NCBI GenBank assembly: GCA_964474635.1
Contig: CAYYTT010000006.1
Coordinates: 2,123 to 66,122 of the forward strand
Length of the DNA: 64,000 bases
Direction of reading: 5' to 3'
Source of the DNA: an uncultured Alphaproteobacteria bacterium
GTDB taxonomy: Bacteria > Pseudomonadota > Alphaproteobacteria > JAJFIK01
Below the pieces are notes generated by a model. The model ran no database searches. It saw only the letters and a program-made list of their open reading frames with translations, and was not told where the DNA came from. Of the stretch, positions 27,464-35,625 are shown in pieces. Positions within the stretch are counted from its first letter, which is position 1. Every line of letters starts with the position of its first letter. The position numbers were made by a program, and so were the translations under genes.

Positions 27464-30097
27464 ATGCGGATTAAAGTTTTCGGATGGCTGACGCTTTGCG
27501 TCGCAGCCTTGACACTCCTCGATCTGACCGGCGCCCGGGCCGAGCCCATCGGGTATTTCCAGCTCGACGGCGTCACCTACGATCCCGCCGTCCAGACCCC
27601 GGATCAGGCCCTGGGTTTCGGTTTGGGGGAGCGCCCGGTGCGCCACAGCGCGATGGTGACCTATCTGCAGGATCTCGCCGAAAACTCGCCGCGCATCGGC
27701 GCCGAAGTTATTGGCCGCACCCATGAGGGCCGGCCCATCCTTCTCATGACCGCAAGCTCGCCCGCCAATCAGGCGCGCCTCGAGGATATCCGCCAGGCCC
27801 ACCTCGCCGCTCCGTCAGACCCGGACCTGCCCGTGGTGACCTGGATCAGTTACGGCGTACACGGCGCCGAGTCGGCCGGCATGGATGCGGTCATTCCGAC
27901 CATGTATCACCTCGCCGCCGCGCAAGGCCCCGAGATCGACGCCGTCCTGGACGGGTCCATCATCGTCGCCGTGGCGATCCTCAATCCGGATGGGCATACC
28001 CGGCGCATCGACTTTGTCGAACGCTTCTCCGGCACCGTTCCGGTCAGCAATCCCGACCATGCGCAGCACGATCTTTGGGTCGGCGCGCGCACAAACCATT
28101 ACGGCTTCGACCTGAACCGGCAGTGGCTCCTGCTGACGCAACCCGAATCGCGGGCCTGGGTGGGCGCCTGGCAGCGGTGGAAGCCCCATGTCGCCGCCGA
28201 CATGCATGAAATGGGCAGCAGCGCCACCTATTATTTCCATCCGGGCGTTCCGAGCCGCTTGAACCCCCTCATTCCCGCCCGTTCCCGGGAACTCCTCCAG
28301 GCCATCTCCCGCTATCACGTGGATTTCATGGACAGCGAAGCAAAGCTGTTCTTCACCGAAGAGGGCTTTGACAACTATTACATCGGGAAGGGCTCGACCT
28401 ATCCCCATGTGCAAGGCTCCATCGGGATCTTGTTCGAGGCCGGAGCGGCGCGGGGCGGAACGCTGGAAACGCCCAACGGTCTGAAGACCTATGCGGACAA
28501 TATCCGCACCCATTTCCGCACCAGTCTGACCACCATCGCCGGCGCCTTTGGCGAAGCCGGCGACATCAAGACCTATCGCGGCCAATTCGCGAGCCTGAAT
28601 GCCGAAGCCGCCGAGGCCGACCGGACCAAGGCCATCCTGCTTGATGCGCCGGGCGACCCGGCCCGCCTGCAACACTTTGCGGATCTGCTGACTCAGCACG
28701 ACATTCGGGCCCACCGGGTGGCCCGGGACGTCAGCGTTTCGGGCCACACCTATAAGGCAGGCAAAGCCCTGATCGTACCCTACGGCCAGCCCCAATACCG
28801 CCTTATCAAGGGCATCATGGAGCCGGTCCGCGAATTCGCCGATCCGGTCTTTTACGATGTGTCCGGATGGACCTTGCCGCTCGCCTATGGCCTGCGCCAC
28901 GAACGCCTCGCGGCCCGCGCCTTCCGGCCCAATCTGCTGGGCGCGGATATACGCGAAGCCCCGGTTGAGGTTCCGGCCGCTCCGCCGGCGGCGTCCTATG
29001 GCTACATGTTCGACTGGTCCCATTATTATGCGCCGCGGGCGGCCTATCGTCTGCTTGCGGAGGGGATCATCCTGCGGGCCGCCTTCACGCCGGTCACGGT
29101 CGAGACAAGCGAGGGCCCTGTGGATTTCGGGCGTGGTTCCATCTTCGTGCCCTTCGACCGTCAGACGGTATCGCGCGATCGGATCCACGATCTCGTGGCT
29201 GAATTGGGCGCGCGCGATGGCCTGCCGGTCCATGCAGTGGTCAGTGGCCTGACCCCGACGCCTTCGTCCGATCTGGGCGGGCGTCAGACGGTTCAAACCA
29301 TCCAAAAGCCCGAAGTGCTACTGCTCTATACGGAAGGTGGCACGGGCGGCGGGTCCTTACGCCGCTATGACATGGGCGAAGTGTGGCACCTGCTCGATCA
29401 CCGCATGGAAATGCCGGTGACCCTGCGGGATGCCCGGACCCTGGGCAGCATCGACTGGTCCCGGTACACCCACATCATTTTCGCCGGCGGCAGTCTGCGG
29501 CTGCCCGAAACCGTCACGGAACGGATGACCCAATGGATCCGGGAAGACGGCGGCGTTGTCATCGCCGGCCGAGGCATGGCGAAAATCATGCAGGACACGT
29601 TGTTGACGCCGTCCAAGGACAAGGACGAGGACAGCCATAAGACGCCCGAGGCCGAAGAGGGCGAGGATGACGAGGGCCGCTACGACTACGCGGAATTGGC
29701 GCAGCGTAATGCGCGAAAGGTGATCGGCGGCGCGATCTTCGCCGGCGACCTCGACATCACCCACCCCTTGGGCTTCGGCTACAGCGATCGGCGGATTGCG
29801 AGCCACCGGGACACCACGGTTATTCTCGACACGCCGGAGAACCCCATTGCTACCGTGGTCCGCTATCGCGAGGGCGACCCGGTGCTCTCCGGCTATGCCG
29901 CCGAAGACCAGGCCGAGAAAATCGCGGGCACGCCCATGATGGTCGCCGAGCGCCTTGGCGCGGGCGCGGTCGTGGTGATGACGGACAATCTGAACTTCCG
30001 CGCCACCTATTTTGGGACGTCCAAACTGTTCCTCAACAGCCTGTTCTTTGCCTCAAACATCAGCACACCGCGTGAGGCCGCCGGCCATCACCATTGA
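27464..30097 (+). CDS. M14-family zinc carboxypeptidase, secreted, with long C-terminal extension
   Basis: ATG at 27464 after GGAGGGA. Signal peptide MRIKVFGWLTLCVAALTLLDLTGARA. Zinc motif YGVHGAES (HxxE), then ILNPDGH. Confidence 0.8.
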   Translation: MRIKVFGWLTLCVAALTLLDLTGARAEPIGYFQLDGVTYDPAVQTPDQALGFGLGERPVRHSAMVTYLQDLAENSPRIGAEVIGRTHEGRPILLMTASSPANQARLEDIRQAHLAAPSDPDLPVVTWISYGVHGAESAGMDAVIPTMYHLAAAQGPEIDAVLDGSIIVAVAILNPDGHTRRIDFVERFSGTVPVSNPDHAQHDLWVGARTNHYGFDLNRQWLLLTQPESRAWVGAWQRWKPHVAADMHEMGSSATYYFHPGVPSRLNPLIPARSRELLQAISRYHVDFMDSEAKLFFTEEGFDNYYIGKGSTYPHVQGSIGILFEAGAARGGTLETPNGLKTYADNIRTHFRTSLTTIAGAFGEAGDIKTYRGQFASLNAEAAEADRTKAILLDAPGDPARLQHFADLLTQHDIRAHRVARDVSVSGHTYKAGKALIVPYGQPQYRLIKGIMEPVREFADPVFYDVSGWTLPLAYGLRHERLAARAFRPNLLGADIREAPVEVPAAPPAASYGYMFDWSHYYAPRAAYRLLAEGIILRAAFTPVTVETSEGPVDFGRGSIFVPFDRQTVSRDRIHDLVAELGARDGLPVHAVVSGLTPTPSSDLGGRQTVQTIQKPEVLLLYTEGGTGGGSLRRYDMGEVWHLLDHRMEMPVTLRDARTLGSIDWSRYTHIIFAGGSLRLPETVTERMTQWIREDGGVVIAGRGMAKIMQDTLLTPSKDKDEDSHKTPEAEEGEDDEGRYDYAELAQRNARKVIGGAIFAGDLDITHPLGFGYSDRRIASHRDTTVILDTPENPIATVVRYREGDPVLSGYAAEDQAEKIAGTPMMVAERLGAGAVVVMTDNLNFRATYFGTSKLFLNSLFFASNISTPREAAGHHH

Positions 30098-30239
30098 CGC
30101 ACGTGCCGCGGCGGGGATGCACCCGGCCGCGGCAGTCCCCCTTCCCGTCGTGGCCCGTGCCGCGAAAGGGTCTTGTCATCGGCACAATCGCGGGGCAGTG
30201 CTGCGTGTGTGATGCAGCATTCTCCGGAGACCCCCGTCC

Positions 30240-30845
30240 ATGGCCCTGCTTTTTCTGACCGCCCTTTTCGCACTCCTCACCGCCGCGCCGCCCGTCCAGG
30301 CGGACGCTTCCGTTTCGACCACACCGGGGATCGAGCGTCAGGGCAGCGTGTATGAGGTGCTGCGGGATGTGCCGAAAGATCCCGAGCACTGCCGCGCCGC
30401 CTGCGACTCGAACGAGAAATGCGTGGCCTACACTTACTACAAACCCTGGGAGAAGGACCCGGCGGCCCATTGCTGGCTGATGGACAAGACGGCACCCGCC
30501 TGGACCAACGAGTGTTGCGTCTCAGGCACCAAAACAGGCCGCCTCGACACCGGCGTGCGGGTCTTTACCGATCTCGCCCTACGCCATGACGGAGCCGAAG
30601 CGCCCGGAATGGCGCAAGGCCAGGATCTCGGTCTTGATCTGTGTCTGGACGAGGGGTTCGAGTGCGGCTGGCCGGCCGCTCATGCCTATTGCGCGGCCAA
30701 AGGCGCCGGAAAAGCGCTCGACTACCAGGTCAAACGCGCCGCCCCGCCCACGCGCGCCCTGGCTGGTGGCCCCATCTGCACCGGACAGTTCTGCCACCGG
30801 ATTACAAAGATCACCTGCGACGCGGAGCCGGGTCCGGCGGAATAA
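30240..30845 (+). CDS. secreted Cys-rich protein with PAN/Apple-like domain
   Basis: Signal peptide MALLFLTALFALLTAAPPVQA. CRAACDSNEKCVAYTY...CWL is a PAN/Apple-like pattern, and the second half is also Cys-rich. Confidence 0.55.
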   Translation: MALLFLTALFALLTAAPPVQADASVSTTPGIERQGSVYEVLRDVPKDPEHCRAACDSNEKCVAYTYYKPWEKDPAAHCWLMDKTAPAWTNECCVSGTKTGRLDTGVRVFTDLALRHDGAEAPGMAQGQDLGLDLCLDEGFECGWPAAHAYCAAKGAGKALDYQVKRAAPPTRALAGGPICTGQFCHRITKITCDAEPGPAE

Positions 30846-30856
30846 CGCCGGACACA

Positions 30857-30945
30857 CCATCATCGCGACCGGAGGGACGCGACCCGGCGCGGCGGGCACG
30901 GAGCTTGCGGCCCCTGGATCCCGTCGCTGGCGCTCGGGACGACGG
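30857..30945. repeat. REP/MITE-like palindromic element, copy A
   Basis: About 90 bp and about 85% identical by eye to copy B. The shared core is gggcacggagctt(g/a)cggcccctggatcccgtcgctggcgctcggga(c/t)gacgg. Confidence 0.75.
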
Positions 30946-31008
30946 CGTTTGGATGTGCGTACATTCCGGACTGGGTGATGACCTGATCAACAAGGGGTTG
31001 CCTCAAAC

Positions 31009-31100
31009 CCATCGTCATCGCGACCGAAGGGAAGCGATCCAGAGCGTCGGGCACGGAGCTTACGGCCCCTGGATCCCGTCGCTGGCGCTCGGGATGACGG
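31009..31100. repeat. REP/MITE-like palindromic element, copy B
   Basis: The terminal imperfect inverted repeat cgtcatcgcgaccgaagggaagcgatccag ... ctggatcccgtcgctggcgctcgggatgacg can fold as a long hairpin. It is a direct repeat of copy A, about 63 bp away. Confidence 0.75.
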
Positions 31101-31122
31101 CCTCTGAGTGACATGCAAACCT

Positions 31123-31152
31123 AAAAAAGCGCGATCCGTAGACCGCGCTTTT
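31123..31152. terminator. bidirectional rho-independent terminator (serves pntB on the minus strand)
   Basis: aaaaaAGCGCGatccgtagacCGCGCTttt has a 6-bp GC stem and a 10-nt loop. It is flanked by an A6 run and a T4 run, so the minus-strand RNA ends in U6. It lies 27 nt past the pntB stop. Confidence 0.7.
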
Positions 31153-31178
31153 CCGAACCGATCTGATTGACGAAACAA

Positions 31179-32597
31179 TCAGTCCGTGTCTTTGAACTCG
31201 CTGGCAAGGGTCGTCAGCGTGGACTTGGCGTCGCCAAAGACCATGTAGCTGTTGGGCTTGTAGAACAGGGCGTTTTCGACCCCGGAGAAGCCTGGCTTCA
31301 TGGAACGCTTCAGCACAAAGACGGTCTTGGCGGAGGCCGCGTCGATGATGGGCATGCCGTAAAGGGGGCTGCCCTTGTCTTCCTTCGCGGCCGGGTTCAC
31401 CACGTCATTGGCGCCGATGACGATCGCCACATCGACCGAGTCCATGGTCGGGTTCACGTCCTGGGGTTCAACGAGCTGCTCGTAAGGAACACTGGCCTCG
31501 GCGAGGAGCACGTTCATGTGGCCCGGCATGCGGCCCGCGACGGGATGGATGCAGTAGCGCACTTCCGAACCGTTCTTTTCCAGAAGGTCGGCAAGTTCCT
31601 TGACCGCATGCTGGGCCTGGGCAACCGCCATGCCGTAGCCCGGGATCACGACGATATTGCTCGCCGCTTCCAGGACATAGTAGGCATCGGCCACGGACAT
31701 GGGCTTGACCTCACCCTCAATGTCCTGGGCGGACGCCGAGGACACCGGAGCGCCGAGACCGCCGAAGAGCACATTCGGCAGGGAGCGGTTCATGGCCTTA
31801 CACATGATCCGGGTCAGGATCAAACCACTCGCCCCAACGAGGGCGCCGACAACCACGAGCACCGTGTTGGCGAGGGCAAAACCAGCCATGCTGGCGGCGA
31901 CCCCCGAATAAGAGTTCAGCAGCGAGACCACGATGGGCATGTCCGCGCCGCCGATCCGGATCACGGCGAGCACGCCGAGGAGCAGGGACACCACGCTCAA
32001 AGCCACCAGCACTTCGTACTGCACGGAGGGCATCAGGCTGAACACGGCCACGAGGGCAATGCCCGCGATGGCCATGCCGGCGCTCGTTGCAAGCTGCAGC
32101 GGGAAAATGATGGGCGCGCCGGGAAGCCGCTCGGCCAGTTTTCCAAAGGCGATAAGGCTGCCCGTAAAGGAGATGCCGCCGATCAGGATCGCAAGGCCGA
32201 TGGCGAAGGCAACCACGCCGGTTACCTCGCCGGTGGCTTCCAGGGCCCGCAGGTATTCCGCAACACCCACCAGGAGACTGGCGGCCCCGCCCAGGCCGTT
32301 AAAGAGAGCCACCAGTTCCGGCATGGAGGTCATCTGCACACGGTAGGCCGTCACCGTGCCAATGATCGTGCCCAGCAGCATACCCCCGATGACATATTCA
32401 ATGCCCACATTGCTGGCCAGGACCGTGATCACCACGGCGATCAGCATGCCAATGGAGGAGACCCGGTTACCGAGACGCGCCGTCTCACGATTGCCGAGCA
32501 GTTTCAGACCCAGGATGAAAACCAAGGTCGCGAGAATATAGGCGGCGTCCGTGAGGGACAGCGACAGCATCACATCGAGCATGGATGAGGAATTCAT
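31179..32597 (-). CDS. pntB: NAD(P) transhydrogenase subunit beta
   Basis: 472-aa ORF with multiple N-terminal TM helices. The C-terminal dIII domain carries VIPGYGMAVAQAQH and GANDVVNPAA. Confidence 0.95.
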   Translation of the reverse strand: MNSSSMLDVMLSLSLTDAAYILATLVFILGLKLLGNRETARLGNRVSSIGMLIAVVITVLASNVGIEYVIGGMLLGTIIGTVTAYRVQMTSMPELVALFNGLGGAASLLVGVAEYLRALEATGEVTGVVAFAIGLAILIGGISFTGSLIAFGKLAERLPGAPIIFPLQLATSAGMAIAGIALVAVFSLMPSVQYEVLVALSVVSLLLGVLAVIRIGGADMPIVVSLLNSYSGVAASMAGFALANTVLVVVGALVGASGLILTRIMCKAMNRSLPNVLFGGLGAPVSSASAQDIEGEVKPMSVADAYYVLEAASNIVVIPGYGMAVAQAQHAVKELADLLEKNGSEVRYCIHPVAGRMPGHMNVLLAEASVPYEQLVEPQDVNPTMDSVDVAIVIGANDVVNPAAKEDKGSPLYGMPIIDAASAKTVFVLKRSMKPGFSGVENALFYKPNSYMVFGDAKSTLTTLASEFKDTD

Positions 32598-32887
32598 TTG
32601 CCGGCTCCCTTTGTGCCAGCGTCACCGCCGCCAACCTTGAACATGGCCAACATGCGGTCGGTTACGAGATAACCGCCCACCACGTTGATGGTGGCACAGA
32701 CCACGGCTGTGGTGCCGAGCACGATGGCAAGCGTGCCCTCCGCGCCGGTGGCGAGCAGACCGCCCACAAGGGTGATCCCGGAAATGGCATTGGAGCCGGA
32801 CATCAGCGGCGTGTGTAACTGGCTGGGGATGCGGCGGATCAGTTCGACCCCGAGCAGCACCGCCAATACAAAAACAAAAAAGAGCAC
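32594..32887 (-). CDS. pntA: NAD(P) transhydrogenase alpha subunit, membrane part (PntAB)
   Basis: 97-aa ORF. HTPLMSGSNAISGITLVGGL is the conserved PntA TM motif. It has an ATGA-type overlap with pntB. Confidence 0.85.
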   Translation of the reverse strand: MLFFVFVLAVLLGVELIRRIPSQLHTPLMSGSNAISGITLVGGLLATGAEGTLAIVLGTTAVVCATINVVGGYLVTDRMLAMFKVGGGDAGTKGAGK

Positions 32888-33040
32888 CCCAGACCTCCCC
32901 TACTTGCTCAAGGCTGACGACACCCGCCGCGCGGGTAAGACCGGTCGCCCGTTCATGATGAACGCTTGTGTCGCCTAATGTTGGGTAAAGCGCTTACGAA
33001 TACCAGCCCCGAGTGGACCTGGACGCGCGCTGCAAAAATT

Positions 33041-33742
33041 CTACTCAAGCTGGCGCCGCGGATCTCCGACGGGCGGCAGGGGGCGTGTCTCGGCATCCCC
33101 TCCTGACGGCCGGCGGCGACGCTGCAGCAGGGCCGCGGCGTTCACGCCCTGATAGGACGGGGACCAAAGCTCCGCGCGCTCTCGCGCTTCCTGCCATTCG
33201 GCGGGCGACAGGGTCGCTTCGAGACGGCGGCCGACGGGGACCGGGGCATCGCTCACGCCCTCAATCGCCGATTTGCGGGACAGCACATACCATTTGCCGG
33301 CCTCGATTCGATCCGTTGGCGTGCCCAGCCCCTCCAGAAAGACTTCGGCGAGCAGGACCTGCGCCTTGCTCTCATTGGACTGGGCGGCCGGCATCAACCA
33401 GGACAAGGCTTCGCCATAGCGGGCCTGCGCCGCCGCGCCGCTCTCATCCCGGCCGATCTCAATAAGGCACTCGGCGAGGTTCACCTGGGCCAGTTCCCAG
33501 CCCCGGCCGATTCGGGCCAGGCGCTCGAAGGTCGGGATCGCCCGCTCGCAATCGCCCTTTTCCTTGTTCACAAGCGCTTCTTGATAGGCATCGGTGGCCG
33601 ACCGCGCGCCGGCCTCGCGGCGCGGCCGCTCGGGACCGCCGCCACAGGCCGCCAGAAGCAGGGCCGCTGCGGCCAGAAGGCAGGCCGGCCGATGAAAGGG
33701 CCGTTGATGGGCCAGCGCAGTGCGCAAAAAAGTCATGAGCAT
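33041..33742 (-). CDS. Sel1/TPR-like repeat lipoprotein
   Basis: Start trimmed to MLMTFLRT...LLAAAALLLAACGG (lipobox LAAC). Sel1-like segments include AQVLLAEVFLEGLGTPTDRIEAGKWY. Confidence 0.6.
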   Translation of the reverse strand: MLMTFLRTALAHQRPFHRPACLLAAAALLLAACGGGPERPRREAGARSATDAYQEALVNKEKGDCERAIPTFERLARIGRGWELAQVNLAECLIEIGRDESGAAAQARYGEALSWLMPAAQSNESKAQVLLAEVFLEGLGTPTDRIEAGKWYVLSRKSAIEGVSDAPVPVGRRLEATLSPAEWQEARERAELWSPSYQGVNAAALLQRRRRPSGGDAETRPLPPVGDPRRQLE

Positions 33743-33789
33743 CCCCGCAGCCCCAAAACGCCGCGGCCTCCATTCACCCAAGGGCGCCC

Positions 33790-33832
33790 GCCCTCTGTGG
33801 TGCCAGTGCCCTCTGTGGTGCCAGTGCCCTCT
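33790..33832. repeat. 18-bp tandem direct repeat, 2.4 copies
   Basis: gccctctgtggtgccagt gccctctgtggtgccagt gccctct, intergenic and about 50 bp upstream of the lipoprotein start. Confidence 0.8.
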
Positions 33833-33908
33833 TCGCCCGCGAGCCAGTGTGGCCAGGGCGCGCGAAAATCAGCACGAGCCATGCCAGGACCCGGCCGCGG
33901 CCCGGACC

Positions 33909-34178
33909 TCAAGCAGCGTTGCCCGCCTTCGCGGCCGGCTCTTCATAAAAGCAGTCGGCCGGCTCGCACGCCAATCGGTCAAGGTCCGGCGTGTAGACAT
34001 ACCGTGTGCCGCAATAGGGACACACAATCGACGTGGCGTCACCCATGTCGAGATAGACGTGGGGATGGTCATGGGGCGGGCGGGCCCCGATACATTCGAA
34101 TTCGCGGGCTCCGATTCGGATTTCCGGAACCCCGCCGTCATTGGCGAATTTCGGATAGCCGTTGCCGTCGGCGGCCAT
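33909..34178 (-). CDS. zinc-finger (zf-CHCC, NDUFS6-like) domain protein
   Basis: Start trimmed to MAADGNGYPKF. HPHVYLDMGDATSIVCPYCGTRY is the characteristic zf-CHCC motif. Confidence 0.75.
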   Translation of the reverse strand: MAADGNGYPKFANDGGVPEIRIGAREFECIGARPPHDHPHVYLDMGDATSIVCPYCGTRYVYTPDLDRLACEPADCFYEEPAAKAGNAA

Positions 34179-34299
34179 GGTCTTCTCCCGATCACGCAAC
34201 GGGCCCGCACAGCACGGGCCCGTCTGTCTGACGTGGTAGTGAAACAGGTGGGGCGTGGGGGTCAAGCGCGGGTCTGCCCGTCCCCCGACCCCCGGCCAT

Positions 34300-35547
34300 T
34301 CAGGTTATGTTGAACCCCGGCTTGAAGTGATCCTGAAGCACTCGATAGTCACGATTGTATTTGTGATCTTCCGGCAGGACGCCGGGTTCAAGTTTCCGGC
34401 TCGCCGTGGTGGCTGCAATGCTGTAGCAATTCTTCATAATATCCACGAGCGTCATGTCGTAGAGCTTCAAGACATCCTCTTTGCTCATTGTTGTGCCGGC
34501 GTGCGCTTTGATCCACACCGGATCGAGATAGATATTATAGCGTGCAAGCGTCATGTCCTCGCCGTGGCGTTCGTCCTGTAGATCTTCAAGATCGCGATCC
34601 AAATACCATGGGGTCAGTGTATTGGCCCGGAGCATGGCCCGCCGCACGGCAAAGTTTTCGATGTCTTCGATCAACCCGCGCAGATCGCGAATGCTCTTGG
34701 CCACATTCAGCCAGCCGAACCAGCCGCTTTCAGGACGATCGGGGCCGAACTGGCCCGTGCCGACATTGATCATGAGAATATCGTCCGGGCCCTTCGTCCA
34801 CTCCAGGCCGTAGGCCTTCAGCGTCACGAGATCGAGGAGGCCAAGTGATGGATTGTTAAAGGGGGACAGGCCGCCGTCGATGAAATTGAAACTGAAACCG
34901 GGATCACTGCCGTCGATCCGGATTGGCTGCGACTTGAAGTAGTAAGGCGCCGCGGTACTGCCGCTGACAACTTCCTTCAGCTTGTATTGGCGCATCGGGA
35001 TAATGCCGGACCCGGGATTTTTCGGATCGCCATTCCAGAATTTGCGTTCCGGATTGTTGGAAATCACCCAAGGACTGTTCGAGTCCGAATTTTTAAGAAA
35101 AATGGCAAGACCGGTCTTGAGCCTGTCGCTCTCCATGGTCATGTCGCCGAATTCTTTTTGCAGTTCCTCGCGCAGGTGGTCGTGATTGAAGCGGGAACGG
35201 AACACACCGAGCAAGGTCTGCTTTTTGAAAACCCGGTCGGCGATGGAGAAATAGCGCTCCTTCAGGTAACCGGCCGAATGTCCCATGGCGAGGCCGGCCG
35301 CCAGGATGGCACCGGTCGACGTGCCGCCGATCATGTCGAAGTAATCGCACAGGCGGAACGAATAGTTCGGATCGTTCAGGGTGCCGCGCAATTGGCTCTC
35401 GAAACGCGCCTTGAGGATGGACTCGATCTTTTCCAAAAACGCGATGGCGACGATGCCGCGCACGCCGCCCCCGTCCAGCGCCAGAATGCGCTTGGGCCCA
35501 CCCGCCCTCAGGTGCTGCTCTTTGGTGAATGCGCGTGTTTCCGACAT
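34300..35547 (-). CDS. patatin-like phospholipase
   Basis: ATG at 35547 after GGAGGGGGA. Oxyanion motif LALDGGGVRG, nucleophile elbow GGTSTGA (GxSxG), and catalytic Asp in FIDGGLS. The 3' two-thirds is visibly AT-richer. Confidence 0.9.
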   Translation of the reverse strand: MSETRAFTKEQHLRAGGPKRILALDGGGVRGIVAIAFLEKIESILKARFESQLRGTLNDPNYSFRLCDYFDMIGGTSTGAILAAGLAMGHSAGYLKERYFSIADRVFKKQTLLGVFRSRFNHDHLREELQKEFGDMTMESDRLKTGLAIFLKNSDSNSPWVISNNPERKFWNGDPKNPGSGIIPMRQYKLKEVVSGSTAAPYYFKSQPIRIDGSDPGFSFNFIDGGLSPFNNPSLGLLDLVTLKAYGLEWTKGPDDILMINVGTGQFGPDRPESGWFGWLNVAKSIRDLRGLIEDIENFAVRRAMLRANTLTPWYLDRDLEDLQDERHGEDMTLARYNIYLDPVWIKAHAGTTMSKEDVLKLYDMTLVDIMKNCYSIAATTASRKLEPGVLPEDHKYNRDYRVLQDHFKPGFNIT

Positions 35548-35625
35548 GGATGTCCCCCTCCCTAAGGTGTTGCACACGACGGGGAGCATACCAAAAAAGG
35601 GCACTGGAAACCCGCGTTACTCCTT

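Noticed and set aside
27155-27802. N-terminal extension of the second beta-lactamase-fold ORF (the track's 645-aa version)
   Set aside because: The extension crosses the divergent promoter region and overlaps the M14 gene start in antisense. The internal Met begins with a TM anchor.
30860-31178. Small ORFs 30860-31114 (minus), 30987-31178 (minus) and 30641-31111 (plus)
   Set aside because: They are translations of the REP-like palindromic repeats. The duplicated peptide segments mirror the DNA repeat.
31167-32588. 473-aa plus-strand ORF
   Set aside because: It is antisense to pntB. It is rich in His/Gly/Asp/Arg and has no recognisable domain.
32888-33040. Possible remnant of pntAA upstream of pntAB
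   Set aside because: It is only 150 bp, with no ORF and no recognisable dI-like peptide in any frame.
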